From: Macrostomum lignano
Taxonomy: Eukaryota
NCBI GenBank assembly: GCA_002269645.1
Contig: NIVC01001709.1
Location: 1-64,000 of the forward strand
DNA length: 64,000 nucleotides
Direction: 5' to 3'
Position numbers and translations under genes: made by a program. This document shows, piece by piece, positions 26,988 through 39,285 of the stretch. The notes beneath the pieces are model-generated. The model searched no databases. It had not been told where the DNA came from and saw only the letters and a list, made by a program, of their open reading frames with translations. How positions within the stretch are numbered: the first letter of the stretch is position 1; each line of letters begins with the position of its first letter.

Positions 26988-29211
26988 TGGGATGTCGACT
27001 GAGGGCTCAGAATTGCTCAGAGAAAAATGAGGGAGTGTGGAAAATTTTGCACTTCTTAAATTCCCGAAAATATCTAACAAATGCTGTCAGGAAACTGGTA
27101 ATAAATGCTTTCTTAAATGCTGAGCGTCAATGGGAGATGCCATTACCTGATCGGAACTTTCTCTTCCGGATAAAATGGAAGCTGCATCCATTTCCTGTCC
27201 GACTGCTGCACGCGATTGCATGCGCTGCTGACTGATGCTCTGGTTGTCAGCACTTTGTGTCCATCGGAGTCGGTCTGAGTGTGTCTCAGTGTCTGTCTTA
27301 GTGTGTCTTAGTGTCTGTCTTAGTGTGTCTTAGTGTCTGTCTTAGTGTCTGTCCTAGTGTCTGTCTTAGTGTCTGTCCTAGTGTCTTTCTTAGTGTGTCT
27401 TAGTGCTTAGTGTCTGTCCTAGTGTCTGTCTTAGTGTCTGTCCTAGTGTCTGTCTTAGTGTCTGTCCTAGTGTCTGTCTTAGTGTCTGTCCTAGTGTCTG
27501 TCTTAGTGTCTGTTTTAGTGTCTGTCTTAGTGTGTCTTAGTGTCTGTCATAGTGTCTGTCTTAGTGTGTCTTAGTGTCTGTTTTAGTGTCTGTCCTAGTG
27601 TCTGTCTTAGTGTCCGTCTTAGTGTCTTTCTTAGTGTCTGTCTCAGTGTGTCTTAGTGTCTGTCCTAGTGTCTGTCTTAGTGTGTCTTAGTGTCTGTCCT
27701 AGTGTCTGTCTTAGTGTGTCTTAGTGTCTGTCTTAGTGTGTCTTAGTGTCTGTCTTAGTGTGTCTTAGTGCCTGTCTTAGAGTGTCTTAGTGTCTGTCTT
27801 AGTGTGTCTTAGTGTCTGTCTTAGTGTGTCTTAGTGTCTGTCTTAGTGTGTCTAAGTGTCTGTCTTAGTGTGTCTTAGTGTCTGTCTTAGTGTGTCTTAG
27901 TGTCTGTCCTAGTGTCTGTCTGAGTGTGTCTTAGTGTCTGTTTTAGTGTCTGTCCTAGTGTCTGTCTTAGTGTCTGTCCTAGTGTCTTTCTTAGTGTGTC
28001 TTAGTGTCTGTCTCAGTGTGTCTTAGTGTCTGTCCTAGTGTCTGTCTTAGTGTGTCTTAGTGTCTGTCTTAGAGTGTCTTAGTGTCTGTCTTAGTGTGTC
28101 TTAGTGTCTGTCCTAGTGTCTTTCTTAGTGTGTCTTAGTGTCTGTCTCAGTGTGTCTTAGTGTCTGTCTCAGTGTGTCTTAGTGTCTGTTTTAGTGTCTG
28201 TCTTAGTGTCTGTCTTAGTGTCTGTCCTAGTGTCTGTCTTAGTGTGTCTTAGTGTCTGTCCTAGTGTCTGTCTTAGTGTCTGTTTTAGTGTCTGTCTTAG
28301 TGTGTCTTAGTGTCTGTCATAGTGTCTGTCTTAGTGTGTCTTAGTGTCTGTTTTAGTGTCTGTCCTAGTGTCTGTCTTAGTGTCCGTCTTAGTGTCTTTC
28401 TTAGTGTCTGTCTCAGTGTGTCTTAGTGTCTGTCCTAGTGTCTGTCTTAGTGTGTCTTAGTGTCTGTCCTAGTGTCTTTCTTAGTGTGTCTTAGTGTCTG
28501 TCTCAGTGTGTCTTAGTGTCTGTCTCAGTGTGTCTTAGTGTCTGTTTTAGTGTCTGTCTTAGTGTCTGTCCTAGTGTCTGTCTTAGTGTCTGTCTCAGTG
28601 TGTCTTAGTGTCTGTCTTAGTGTCTGTCTTAGTGTCTGTCTCAGTGTGTCTTAGTGTCTGTCTTAGTGTCTGTCTCAGTGTGTCTTAGTGTCTGTCTTAG
28701 TGTCTTTCTTAGTGTGTCTTAGTGTCTGTCTCAGTGTGTCTTAGTGTCTGTCTTAGTGTCTGTCTCAGTGTGTCTTAGTGTCTGTCTTAGTGTCTTTCTT
28801 AGTGTGTCTTAGTGTCTGTCTCAGTGTGTCTTAGTGTCTGTCTCAGTGTGTCTTAGTGTCTGTCTTAGTGTGTCTTAGTGTCTGTCTTAGTGTGTCTTAG
28901 TGTCTGTCTTAGAGTGTCTTAGTGTCTGTCTTAGTGTGTCTTAGTGTCTGTCTTAGTGTGTCTTAGTGTCTGTCTTAGTGTGTCTTAGTGTCTGTCTTAG
29001 TGTGTCTTAGTGTCTGTCTTAGTGTGTCTAAGTGTCTGTCTTAGTGTGTCTTAGTGTCTGTCTTAGTGTGTCTTAGTGTCTGTCTTAGTGTGTCTTAGTG
29101 TCTGTCTTAGTGTGTCTTAGTGTCTGTCTTAGTGTGTCTAAGTGTCTGTCTTAGTGTTGCGGTAGAGAAGCACTCTTAACAGATAATAGCAAGACAAAAC
29201 TCAATATTATT

Positions 29212-29249
29212 TGCGACGCGTTTCGGCTAAAACTAGCCATCTTCAGGCA
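29212..29249 (-). ncRNA. Minimal hammerhead ribozyme in the 3' pseudo-LTR
   Basis: The minus strand reads TGC-CTGAAGA-TGGCTA-GTTT-TAGCC-GAAA-CGCG-TC-GCA: CUGANGA core, stem II, GAAA and palindromic stem III. Confidence 0.85.
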
Positions 29250-29387
29250 CTATCGAACAGAATTTATTTCAACCTATTAAATACTGTGTAGACGACAAAA
29301 TCAGGTATTGAAAAGATATAAAAGGACTAAAGGATCAATGTACAGTATAGCAATGTTCATAATATTTTGTGGAATGACAGGACAGAG

Positions 29388-29423
<36 letters not shown>

Positions 29424-31152
29424 GCGTATGCGCCCCAAATGTACTCTAGCTTAGAACACCAACAGCTGTTCACTCGCACCTCCTCCAGATAGTTGGACAT
29501 TGAGAGTGGGTTTGTGTAACTTAATGTGCAGAGCTTCAAGAATGTTAAGTTTATGCTCATTTTTGCTGTTGTCTATGACCTTGAAATGAGAGGTTATGTC
29601 TGGCTCATCACAACAACCATGGCATTGCAGCAAATGTTCATGAATCGGAGAGTTTCGTTGCCTATGTTCCTTGGCTCTCGTGAGAAGGTGTCGCTTGGTT
29701 TTTCCAATGTAGGTAATGCTCTGGTCAACAGAGCAACGAAAACGATAGATGACACCTGCCTTGAGAGCACATGGAACACGAGACTTTAAACTCCCAACAA
29801 ATTGACTGACTTTATGAGTACGGAACACTACATGAATCTTAGTCTTAAAGAATTTTTGGCAAGTTTTGCGAATTTGCCTCTTAAACACAATCGAAGAGTT
29901 GCCCAAAAAAGGAAGAGTCAAGATTGGTTCTCCTGGTTCTCTATCTGGCCGCTTAGGTTTAACCTTTTTTTCAATTTTTTCATCTAAGAAATTACCAATA
30001 ACCTTCATGATGTAGTTGATCGGGTATCCATTGGCAGTGAGAATATTGATAATGTTGGTAAACTCGTTGTGCAGCAACGACCAAGAGCAACATACTGTAT
30101 AGGCACGATGAAGCAGACAACGAATGACTCCCGTCTTCCATTCCCTGGGGCACAACGCCTGGAAATTAAGCATCAAGTTAGTGAATGTGGGCTTGCGATA
30201 CACTTCGGTCTCAATAGCGCAGTCCTTCAGATGGATCTCGATGTCAAGAAACGGTAGTTTCTTTCCACCATATTCCACGGTGAATTTAATGTTAGGATGG
30301 GTGGCGTTGATTGTGTTGAAAAATTGCAGAAAGTCTTCCTCGTTATCAAAAATAGCGCATGTGTCATCGACATACCGTTTGTAAAATTTCGGAGCACAGC
30401 TTTTTTCCATCCAGGTTTTCTCCCAATGTGACATGCAAACGTTAGCAAGAGTGGGGGCAAGAGGGCTGCCCATAGCGCAGCCGTCAATTTGCTGAAGTAC
30501 TTATCGCCGAATTGGAATATCCCAGATGTGGCAATAACCAACAATTTCTTAAACACTTTCTCCGGGATTGGTGGCGCTGGGTTGTCTTTGAAGACCAAAT
30601 TGGTAGCAATGTCGATCGCCAGATTCAGCGGAACATTGGTAAATAGAGAGGTGACATCGAAGCTATACAATTGATCTTCGCGAGATGGGGTGTAATTGCT
30701 GATGGCTGTTATGAATTCCCTATTGGACCGCAAACTAAAATCCTGAGGGATGCATGGCTTGATAAATGAGTCTAGAAATTTAGCCAGCTCATATTCAGCC
30801 GTGTTCAGCATAGACACAATGGGTCTCAATGGTTTGTCTTCCTTATGGACCTTGCACGAGCCATAGAGTTGGCCAGGTTGACTCCCACACGGCATAATCT
30901 TCTTGTACACATGGTCACTTATGTGCGGTCTGACATAGGTTCTAATATAGTTTTGGATAGAGCGTTCAGATTTAAGAACAGGGTGTGACACGGTAACCCT
31001 TTCATCGGCAGGTCCTAAGCATTTAAATTTGGTTTTGTCTTGAATAAACAAACATACTGTACATTGATCCTTTAGTCCTTTTATATCTTTTCAATACCTG
31101 ATTTTGTCGTCTACACAGTATTTAATAGGTTGAAATAAATTCTGTTCGATAG

Positions 31153-31190
31153 TGCCTGAAGATGGCTAGTTTTAGCCGAAACGCGTCGCA
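31153..31190 (+). ncRNA. Minimal hammerhead ribozyme in the inverted pseudo-LTR
   Basis: TGCCTGAAGATGGCTAGTTTTAGCCGAAACGCGTCGCA. Confidence 0.85.
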
Positions 31191-32636
31191 AATAATATTG
31201 AGTTCTGTCGTAGTGTGTCTTAGTGTCTGTCTTAGTGTGTCTTAGTGTCTGTCTTAGTGTGTCTAAGTGTCTGTCTTAGTGTGTCTTAGTGTCTGTCCTA
31301 GTGTCTGTCTTAGTGTGTCTTAGTGTCTGTTTTAGTGTCTGTCCTAGTGTCTGTCTTAGTGTCTGTCCTAGTGTCTTTCTTAGTGTGTCTTAGTGTCTGT
31401 CTCAGTGTGTCTTAGTGTCTGTCCTAGTGTCTGTCTTAGTGTGTCTTGGTGTCTGTCTTAGAGTGTCTTAGTGTCTGTCTTAGTGTGTCTTAGTGTCTGT
31501 CCTAGTGTCTTTCTTAGTGTGTCTTAGTGTCTGTCTCAGTGTGTCTTAGTGTCTGTCTCAGTGTGTCTTAGTGTCTGTTTTAGTGTCTGTCTTAGTGTCT
31601 GTCCTAGTGTCTGTCTTAGTGTCTGTCTCAGTGTGTCTTAGTGTCTGTCTTAGTGTCTGTCTTAGTGTCTGTCTCAGTGTGTCTTAGTGTCTGTCTTAGT
31701 GTCTGTCTTAGTGTCTGTCTCAGTGTGTCTTAGTGTCTGTCTTAGTGTCTGTCTCAGTGTGTCTTAGTGTCTGTCTTAGTGTCTGTCTTAGTGTGTCTTA
31801 GTGTCTGTCTCAGTGTGTCTTAGTGTCTGTCTCAGTGTGTCTTAGTGTCTGTCTTAGTGTGTCTTAGTGTCTGTCTTAGTGTGTCTTAGTGTCTGTCTTA
31901 GTGTGTCTTAGTGTCTGTCTTAGAGTGTCTTAGTGTCTGTCTTAGTGTGTCTTAGTGTCTGTCTTAGTGTGTCTTAGTGTCTGTCTTAGAGTGTCTTAGT
32001 GTCTGTCTTAGTGTGTCTAAGTGTCTGTCTTAGTGTGTCTTAGTGTCTGTCTTAGAGTGTCTTAGTGTCTGTCCTAGTGTCTGTCTTAGTGTGTCTTAGT
32101 GTCTGTTTTAGTGTCTGTCCTAGTGTCTGTCTTAGTGTCTGTCCTAGTGTCTGTCTCAGTGTGTCTTAGTGTCTGTTTTAGTGTCTGTCTTAGTGTGTCT
32201 TGGTGTCTGTCTTAGAGTGTCTTAGTGTCTGTCTTAGTGTCTGTTTTAGTGTCTGTCTTAGTGTGTCTTGGTGTCTGTCTTAGAGTGTCTTAGTGTCTGT
32301 CTTAGTGTGTCTTAGTGTCTGTCTTAGTGTGTCTTAGTGTCTGTCTTAGTGTGTCTTAGTGTCTGTCTTAGTGTGTCTTAGTGTCTGTCTTAGTGTGTCT
32401 TAGTGTCTGTCTTAGTGTGTCTTAGTGTCTGTCCTAGTTTCTGTCCTAGTGTCTGTCTTAGTGTGTCTTGGTGTCTGTCTTAGAGTGTCTTAGTGTCTGT
32501 CTTAGTGTGTCTTAGTGTCTGTCTTAGTGTGTCTTAGTGTCTGTCTTAGTGTGTCTAAGTGTCTGTCTTAGTGTGTCTTAGTGTCTGTCTTAGTGTGTCT
32601 TAGTGTGTCTTAGTGTCTGTTTTAGTGTCTGTCTTA

Positions 32637-33105
32637 GAAGTGCGGCATGCAACTCATCGGGCGAGCAGCTTGAGTGTATGAAGCTCAGCATCATGTCGAG
32701 AGACTCCTTTGAGGCAGAGTGGTGAGATTGTGGGACTCCCAGGCCTTAATTAAACTGAGACGTATGCAATTCTTTTCCAGCATTATGAAGAGCAGAGGCT
32801 CTGCATGGTAGGTCTTAAGTCCAGGTGTGTCCAGAGTGAGTGACAAGTGTTTCTTAAAGATGAACTTGATGAGTGTAAACAGCTGGCAATGGACTGTGCT
32901 CAGCTGTATCACGAAATTCACGATGTCTTCCTCTTGGAAGCTGAAGCTCACTTTGAGCTCGTTGGTCGAGCTCCCGGTCTTGTCGCCCAAATAAAGGTGA
33001 AATTTATCATTATTGTACAAGCTATGGAAGCAGTGTTCGAATTCTGTTTTCACAGAAACTGCTGCAGCATGGCACGTGTCGTGTGCAGGCCGCAGACCGC
33101 ACGCC
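32637..33105 (-). pseudogene. Mab-21/cGAS-like nucleotidyltransferase, C-terminal fragment
   Basis: FHL...ELKVSFSFQE...QLFTLIKFIFKKHL...PGLKTYHA..LLFIMLEK...AWESHNL...LDMML...CMPHF matches the Mab-21 pattern HLV..WRxSFSxxE, LLKxL, SYHLKTxxF, W...L, PHYF. There are frameshifts near the end. Confidence 0.6.
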
Positions 33106-34121
33106 GTGGCTTTCTCTGAGCTTTTCTAGTACACAATGTGCGTCAAAGCGTGGTTCGGAACGTGTCATTTTTTATTTAAAACATTAAATGCTCAAAAAAT
33201 TGTTAATAAAAATGTCAGAAGAGAAACTGAAAGTTATATTACTATTACTATTACTATTATTATAGTAAATATAAGATGCGGCTCAAGACTATGGTAGCTT
33301 AAAATCTTCAAAAAAACCTTTGAGTGGGTTGTATTGAATTGAGTAGGGAATAGGTAAATTAAATGATTCCAGAGCTGGTGGTCAGTAATTTTTTCGCGGT
33401 CAAAGCTGATGACATCGGCATCGGCTTAATTAATTGAGTTGCCAGGAATTTGACGTCTTGCATGGCATTTCCACCATTGGTCATTTAAAGAGGCATCAAA
33501 AACGCAAAACTTTCTAAGCAAGACCATACTCCACTGATCACCACATTAGATGGACTCGATTAAACTCGCAATTCGTGGAAAAATATCTCTGCAAGCCGGG
33601 GATGAAGCTGACTCGAGTCTCCAGACTTTTCCCCACAAATGGAACTTTGTTCTCCCACCAATGTAATGCAAACTTGAGAGCTTTTGAAAAATAAGTGTAA
33701 TGCACGCAATGGGTTAGTGAGCTACTGGAAGCCACTGTGACGGATTCGGCTAGTGAAATCGCAGAATTTGAGTCACTTTGCCTCTTACATCCGTGGGAAC
33801 CATAACAGATGGCATCCATCTGAAGCTGCTCTCTCTTCACTGCGGAACATTCTCTAGATTTCATAGAAATGGAATTCCAAATCAGATAAACAATTCACAA
33901 TTTCTCCGCGACTGTGTCTAAAGAATTGAGTGCAAGTAGGTGTACCGCTGCCACTGGATACAGTGGAGCAACACTAAGAATGCCTTCCCGTTTGACTTGC
34001 AAAAAGAGAATTTCACCCCAAAGGGGACGAAACTAAGCATAAAACTCCTCCCATTCTCATGCCACCGCAGGGGCAGATATCCCGAATCCGTGAATCTGCA
34101 TATCCTGCATCTGCGCCAGAG

Positions 34122-35101
34122 ATGCAAATCCATGCTTTTCTGTGCCTGTTGCTGGGAATTTTCGCTGCAGTCGAAGGCGCCAACACTTCGCAGTGGATTC
34201 GAGTTCGAGACGACCTGCTCGGCGAGTACACCGAAATCGGAGCCGTGGCTGCCTCAAATGCCGTCGCGTGCTGCTCGAGCGGAATGACGGCTGCACACGC
34301 GGTGCAGTTCGATGAGGCTCAGAGACTGTGCCGACTGTTCGCGTGTCGCGGAGGCTGGCGCGGATGCAGGAAGTGCAGAAATGCTGCGAACTCCAGCCTG
34401 CCGCATGTCTGGGTGAGCTGATTAGTTCTAGTCTCCATGATTTCGTTGAAGCCGTCTCAGCTTCTACTGGATGACGGGAACTGCTCACATTTCAGGTTCG
34501 AAAGCTGGGAGACGGTCGCTCGTGCTGGCGGACATTCCAGCACCGAGTGGACGCCTCCGTCAATTTCAACGAAAGCTGGGCCAAATACGCGAGCGGCTTC
34601 GGACAGGGCGAGAACGCGAACTTCTGGATCGGACTGGACAATCTGCACCTGCTCACGAGAGACGCCGCTCTCCCTGTTCGATGGGAGTTCAGCGACTGGA
34701 ACGGAACTCTGAACTGGATGGAGAACGCCTTCTTTCAAGTCGATAGCGCGACTACAAAGTACAGAGTGAGCGTCGGAGAGCAGCTGATGGACAGGTCGAC
34801 TGTGAAGCAGTGCTCTGACAACAGTACTTCGAGCATGAATGGTCAGCAGTTCTCGGCTCCGGATCAGGACAATGACGTTGCTACAGGCGGAAGCTGCGCT
34901 GCCTTCTACGGTGGAGGCTGGTGGATGCAGGCCTGCTGCTGCTTGTTCCCGAACGGTCCGTACGTCAGCCTGCCTGCCGCGCTGCACCTTATCACATACT
35001 CTCGTGGAATCTGCGTGAAGGACTCTGCTGGCATCTACCCGTTTAACAAGCGGTACTCGATGAAGACGTTTGAGTGCCTGCTGATGGTTGACATGGCCTG
35101 A
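34122..35101 (+). CDS. Secreted PAN-like + fibrinogen-related protein, copy B (intact)
   Basis: Exons 34122-34412 and 34496-35101; same structure as copy A. Confidence 0.9.
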
Positions 35102-35294
35102 GTGCCAAAGCTTTTTCCAACATTAAAATAACTCTGATTGTTTGACCCTTGGGTAATCATCACTCAGCTTTTGCTGCGTGAGAGCAGTCGAGTGCTTGTT
35201 TGCATGGAAGGCAAATAACTTGGGTTAAGTTTTATAAAGAATCATAAAGAATGGGCACTTGCTAAAGAAGCAAGTGCCTATTTTAAAGAAATGC

Positions 35295-35470
35295 TGTACC
35301 CAAGGAACATGAGGTTAATAACTCTGCTGTTCGGGACCACTTGCTACAGTGTGATAGCTGCTGTAATTAAGAGCCACCTCAACTATTTTAAGTCATTGAC
35401 TCTTGTAGACAAGATTATAAATTGACCATACTTGACGCCATGTACATTAAGGCTCTCAAACCAAACACGA
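35295..35470 (+). mobile_element. Decayed Penelope GIY-YIG 3' fragment, repeated in each unit (also ~37245-37420 and split by the mariner at 39286)
   Basis: KEHEVNNSAVRDHLLQCDSCC...VIDSCRQDYKLTILDAMYIKALKP resembles the C-terminus of the 29451 element (KEH..NSPIHEHLLQCHGCC..KVID..KLNILEALHIKLHKP). Confidence 0.7.
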
Positions 35471-36102
35471 ATCTTCCAGCCGATTTTCGTGCACAAGTCT
35501 GAAATGAATGTCACCGCGACTGGAATCGACTCAGGGGTCGTAGCGTTCACCACAGAGCTGCTCTTCACCCTAATCTTGAACAGTCCTTCAAACGTATCCG
35601 TCGATGGTGCCAGTAGTGAGCACACGAGCCACCTGGATGCGATAGATTTGTTTGCCTAAATCTTGCTCAAAATTAGCGAATATGCAATCTCACTGCTGAT
35701 TAATGGCAGTCGCCTATCAATAGGACTCAAAAATATTTCTACCTGCCTTAAGGATAAGTGTACGAGCAAAGTACCTGTCAAGTGTTCGAATGGCCAAAGG
35801 TTTTTAGAGAAGTTCGATGCCAGACAACATAATTGGTCTTTAAAACAGTTTCCGTGATACTGTGACGCTTCGGTGCCTGAATGCTCATTACAGTTATGAA
35901 TTATGCATGCGTGTGTACATGTAGAAACCATCAGCAGTGCTTATGAAAGATTACAGTAATCTTTAACGGAGTCGAACGGAGGAGATCTTCATCTACTCTT
36001 CATCTGGCCTATAAAGCCAGCCTCGCCGTGATAAGGTAATCTTCTAGACTGCATGTCGTTTGGAGGCATCAAAGTGCAGCTAAGCTCGTGAAGGCGGTAG
36101 CG

Positions 36103-37083
36103 ATGGACATCCCGTGTTTGCTGCTTACGCTAGCTGTAATACTTGGCAAGCCTGATGTCGAATGTCAGAGGGTATCCATTGCCGAATGGCGCCTGACAAG
36201 AGAAGACTTGAAAGGGGAATACGAGCTTATAGGTATGCAAGCATGAAGAGCGATGGCCTGCGCCATTGCTGGCATGAGCGCAGCGCATGCTGTGCAATCC
36301 GATGAAGCTCAGAGTCTGTGCTGACTGTACCTGTGCCTTGGAGGCTGAAATGGATGCAGAAAATGCAGGAACGCCCGAAATTCAAGCTTTCCGCATGTCT
36401 GGCAGAGTTGAACGCAGAAAAATCTTGAGTCTCTGAGTTTGTTTTTCCATTTATACAAAATCTGTACTAAAACTTCCATGTTCGAAAACTGAGACGTCAA
36501 TTTTTTCTGGCGGGCATTCCAGCACCGAGTGGACGCCTCCGTCAATTTCAACGAAAGCTGGGCCAAATACGCGAGCGGCTTCGGACAGGGCGAGAACGCG
36601 AACTTCTGGATCGGACTGGACAATCTGCACCTGCTCACGAGAGACGCCGCTCTCCCTGTTCGATGGGAGTTCAGCGACTGGAACGGAACTCTGAACTGGA
36701 TGGAGAACGCCTTCTTTCAAGTCGATAGCGCGACTACAAAGTACAGAGTGAGCGTCGGAGAGCAGCTGATGGACAGGTCGACTGTGAAGCAGTGCTCTGA
36801 CAACAGTACTTCGAGCATGAATGGTCAGCAGTTCTCGGCTCCGGATCAGGACAATGACGTTGCTACAGGCGGAAGCTGCGCTGCCTTCTACGGTGGAGGC
36901 TGGTGGATGCAGGCCTGCTGCTGCTTGTTCCCGAACGGTCCGTACGTCAGCCTGCCTGCCGCGCTGCACCTTATCACATACTCTCGTGGAATCTGTGTGA
37001 AGGACTCTGCTGGCATCTACCCGTTTAACAAGCGGTACTCGATGAAGACGTTTGAGTGCCTGCTGATGGTTGACATGGCCTGA
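36103..37083 (+). pseudogene. Chimeric FReD pseudogene, copy C (divergent exon 1 + B-type exon 2)
   Basis: Exon 1 MDIPCLLLTLAVILG... has three in-frame TGA codons. The donor is lost and the acceptor CAG has become CAT. Exon 2 encodes the same protein as copy B. Confidence 0.85.
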
Positions 37084-38052
37084 GTGCCAAAGCTTTTTCC
37101 AACATTAAAATAAGTCTGATTGTTTGACCCTTGGGTAATCATCACTCAGCTTTTGCTGTTTCAGAGCAGTCGAGTGCTTGTTTGCATGGAAGGCAAATAA
37201 CTTGGGTTAAGTTTTATAAAGAATCATTTATTTTAAAGAAATGCTGTACCCAAGGAACATGAGGTTAATAACTCTGCTGTTCGGGACCACTTGCTACAGT
37301 GTGATAGCTGCTGTAATTAAGAGCCACCTCAACTATTTTAAGTCATTGACTCTTGTAGACAAGATTATAAATTGACCATACTTGACGCCATGTACATTAA
37401 GGCTCTCAAACCAAACACGAATCTTCCAGCCGATTTTCGTGCACAAGTCTGAAATGAATGTCACCGCGACTGGAATCGACTCAGGGGTCGTAGCGTTCAC
37501 CACAGAGCTGCTCTTCACCCTAATCTTGAACAGTCCTTCAAACGTATCCGTCGATGGTGCCAGTAGTGAGCACACGAGCCACCTGGATGCGATAGATTTG
37601 TTTGCCTAAATCTTGCTCAAAATTAGCGAATATGCAATCTCACTGCTGATTAATGGCAGTCGCCTATCAATAGGACTCAAAAATATTTCTACCTGCCTTA
37701 AGGATAAGTGTACGAGCAAAGTACCTGTCAAGTGTTCGAATGGCCAAAGGTTTTTAGAGAAGTTCGATGCCAGACAACATAATTGGTCTTTAAAACAGTT
37801 TCCGTGATACTGTGACGCTTCGGTGCCTGAATGCTCATTACAGTTATGAATTATGCATGCGTGTGTACATGTAGAAACCATCAGCAGTGCTTATGAAAGA
37901 TTACAGTAATCTTTAACGGAGTCGAACGGAGGAGATCTTCATCTACTCTTCATCTGGCCTATAAAGCCAGCCTCGCCGTGATAAGGTAATCTTCTAGACT
38001 GCATGTCGTTTGGAGGCATCAAAGTGCAGCTAAGCTCGTGAAGGCGGTAGCG

Positions 38053-39033
38053 ATGGACATCCCGTGTTTGCTGCTTACGCTAGCTGTAATACTTGGCAAG
38101 CCTGATGTCGAATGTCAGAGGGTATCCATTGCCGAATGGCGCCTGACAAGAGAAGACTTGAAAGGGGAATACGAGCTTATGGGTATGCAAGCATGAAGAG
38201 CGATGGCCTGCGCCATTGCTGGCATGAGCGCAGCGCATGCTGTGCAATCCGATGAAGCTCAGAGTCTGTGCTGACTGTACCTGTGCCTTGGAGGCTGAAA
38301 TGGATGCAGAAAATGCAGGAACGCCCGAAATTCAAGCTTTCCGCATGTCTGGCAGAGTTGAACGCAGAAAAATCTTGAGTCTCTGAGTTTGTTTTTCCAT
38401 TTATACAAAATCTGTACTAAAACTTCCATGTTCGAAAACTGAGACGTCAATTTTTTCTGGCGGGCATTCCAGCACCGAGTGGACGCCTCCGTCAATTTCA
38501 ACGAAAGCTGGGCCAAATACGCGAGCGGCTTCGGACAGGGCGAGAACGCGAACTTCTGGATCGGACTGGACAATCTGCACCTGCTCACGAGAGACGCCGC
38601 TCTCCCTGTTCGATGGGAGTTCAGCGACTGGAACGGAACTCTGAACTGGATGGAGAACGCCTTCTTTCAAGTCGATAGCGCGACTACAAAGTACAGAGTG
38701 AGCGTCGGAGAGCAGCTGATGGACAGGTCGACTGTGAAGCAGTGCTCTGACAACAGTACTTCGAGCATGAATGGTCAGCAGTTCTCGGCTCCGGATCAGG
38801 ACAATGACGTTGCTACAGGCGGAAGCTGCGCTGCCTTCTACGGTGGAGGCTGGTGGATGCAGGCCTGCTGCTGCTTGTTCCCGAACGGTCCGTACGTCAG
38901 CCTGCCTGCCGCGCTGCACCTTATCACATACTCTCGTGGAATCTGTGTGAAGGACTCTGCTGGCATCTACCCGTTTAACAAGCGGTACTCGATGAAGACG
39001 TTTGAGTGCCTGCTGATGGTTGACATGGCCTGA
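38053..39033 (+). pseudogene. Chimeric FReD pseudogene, copy D
   Basis: Near-identical to copy C, offset by 1950 bp. Confidence 0.85.
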
Positions 39034-39285
39034 GTGCCAAAGCTTTTTCCAACATTAAAATAAGTCTGATTGTTTGACCCTTGGGTAATCATCACTCAGC
39101 TTTTGCTGTTTCAGAGCAGTCGAGTGCTTGTTTGCATGGAAGGCAAATAACTTGGGTTAAGTTTTATAAAGAATCATTTATTTTAAAGAAATGCTGTACC
39201 CAAGGAACATGAGGTTAATAACTCTGCTGTTCGGGACCACTTGCTACAGTGTGATAGCTGCTGTAATTAAGAGCCACCTCAACTA

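Larger units (their letters stand above)
29158..31209 (-). mobile_element. Penelope-like retroelement (RT + GIY-YIG endonuclease), 5'-truncated, with inverted pseudo-LTRs
   Basis: ORF 31051-29451 has one frameshift at ~30495. Motifs GQLYGSCKVHK, SFDVTSLFTNVP, G.AMGSPLAP, RYVDD, VYRKPT, GVIY...YIGKT, ILEALHI. Inverted repeats at 29193-29348 and 31054-31209. Confidence 0.95.
27280..32637. repeat. Satellite of 10/12-bp units (TAGTGTGTCT / TAGTGTCTGTCT), ~3.3 kb net, interrupted by a Penelope element
   Basis: Direct; arms at 27280-29157 and 31210-32637. Confidence 0.97.

Noticed and set aside
35383-35625. Minus-strand ORF with VTFISD, faintly CUB-like
   Set aside because: Too short, and it overlaps the Penelope remnant on the other strand.
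36240-36350. Selenocysteine or readthrough explanation for the TGA codons
   Set aside because: Aligned residues are not Cys, splice sites are also broken, and no SECIS was recognised.
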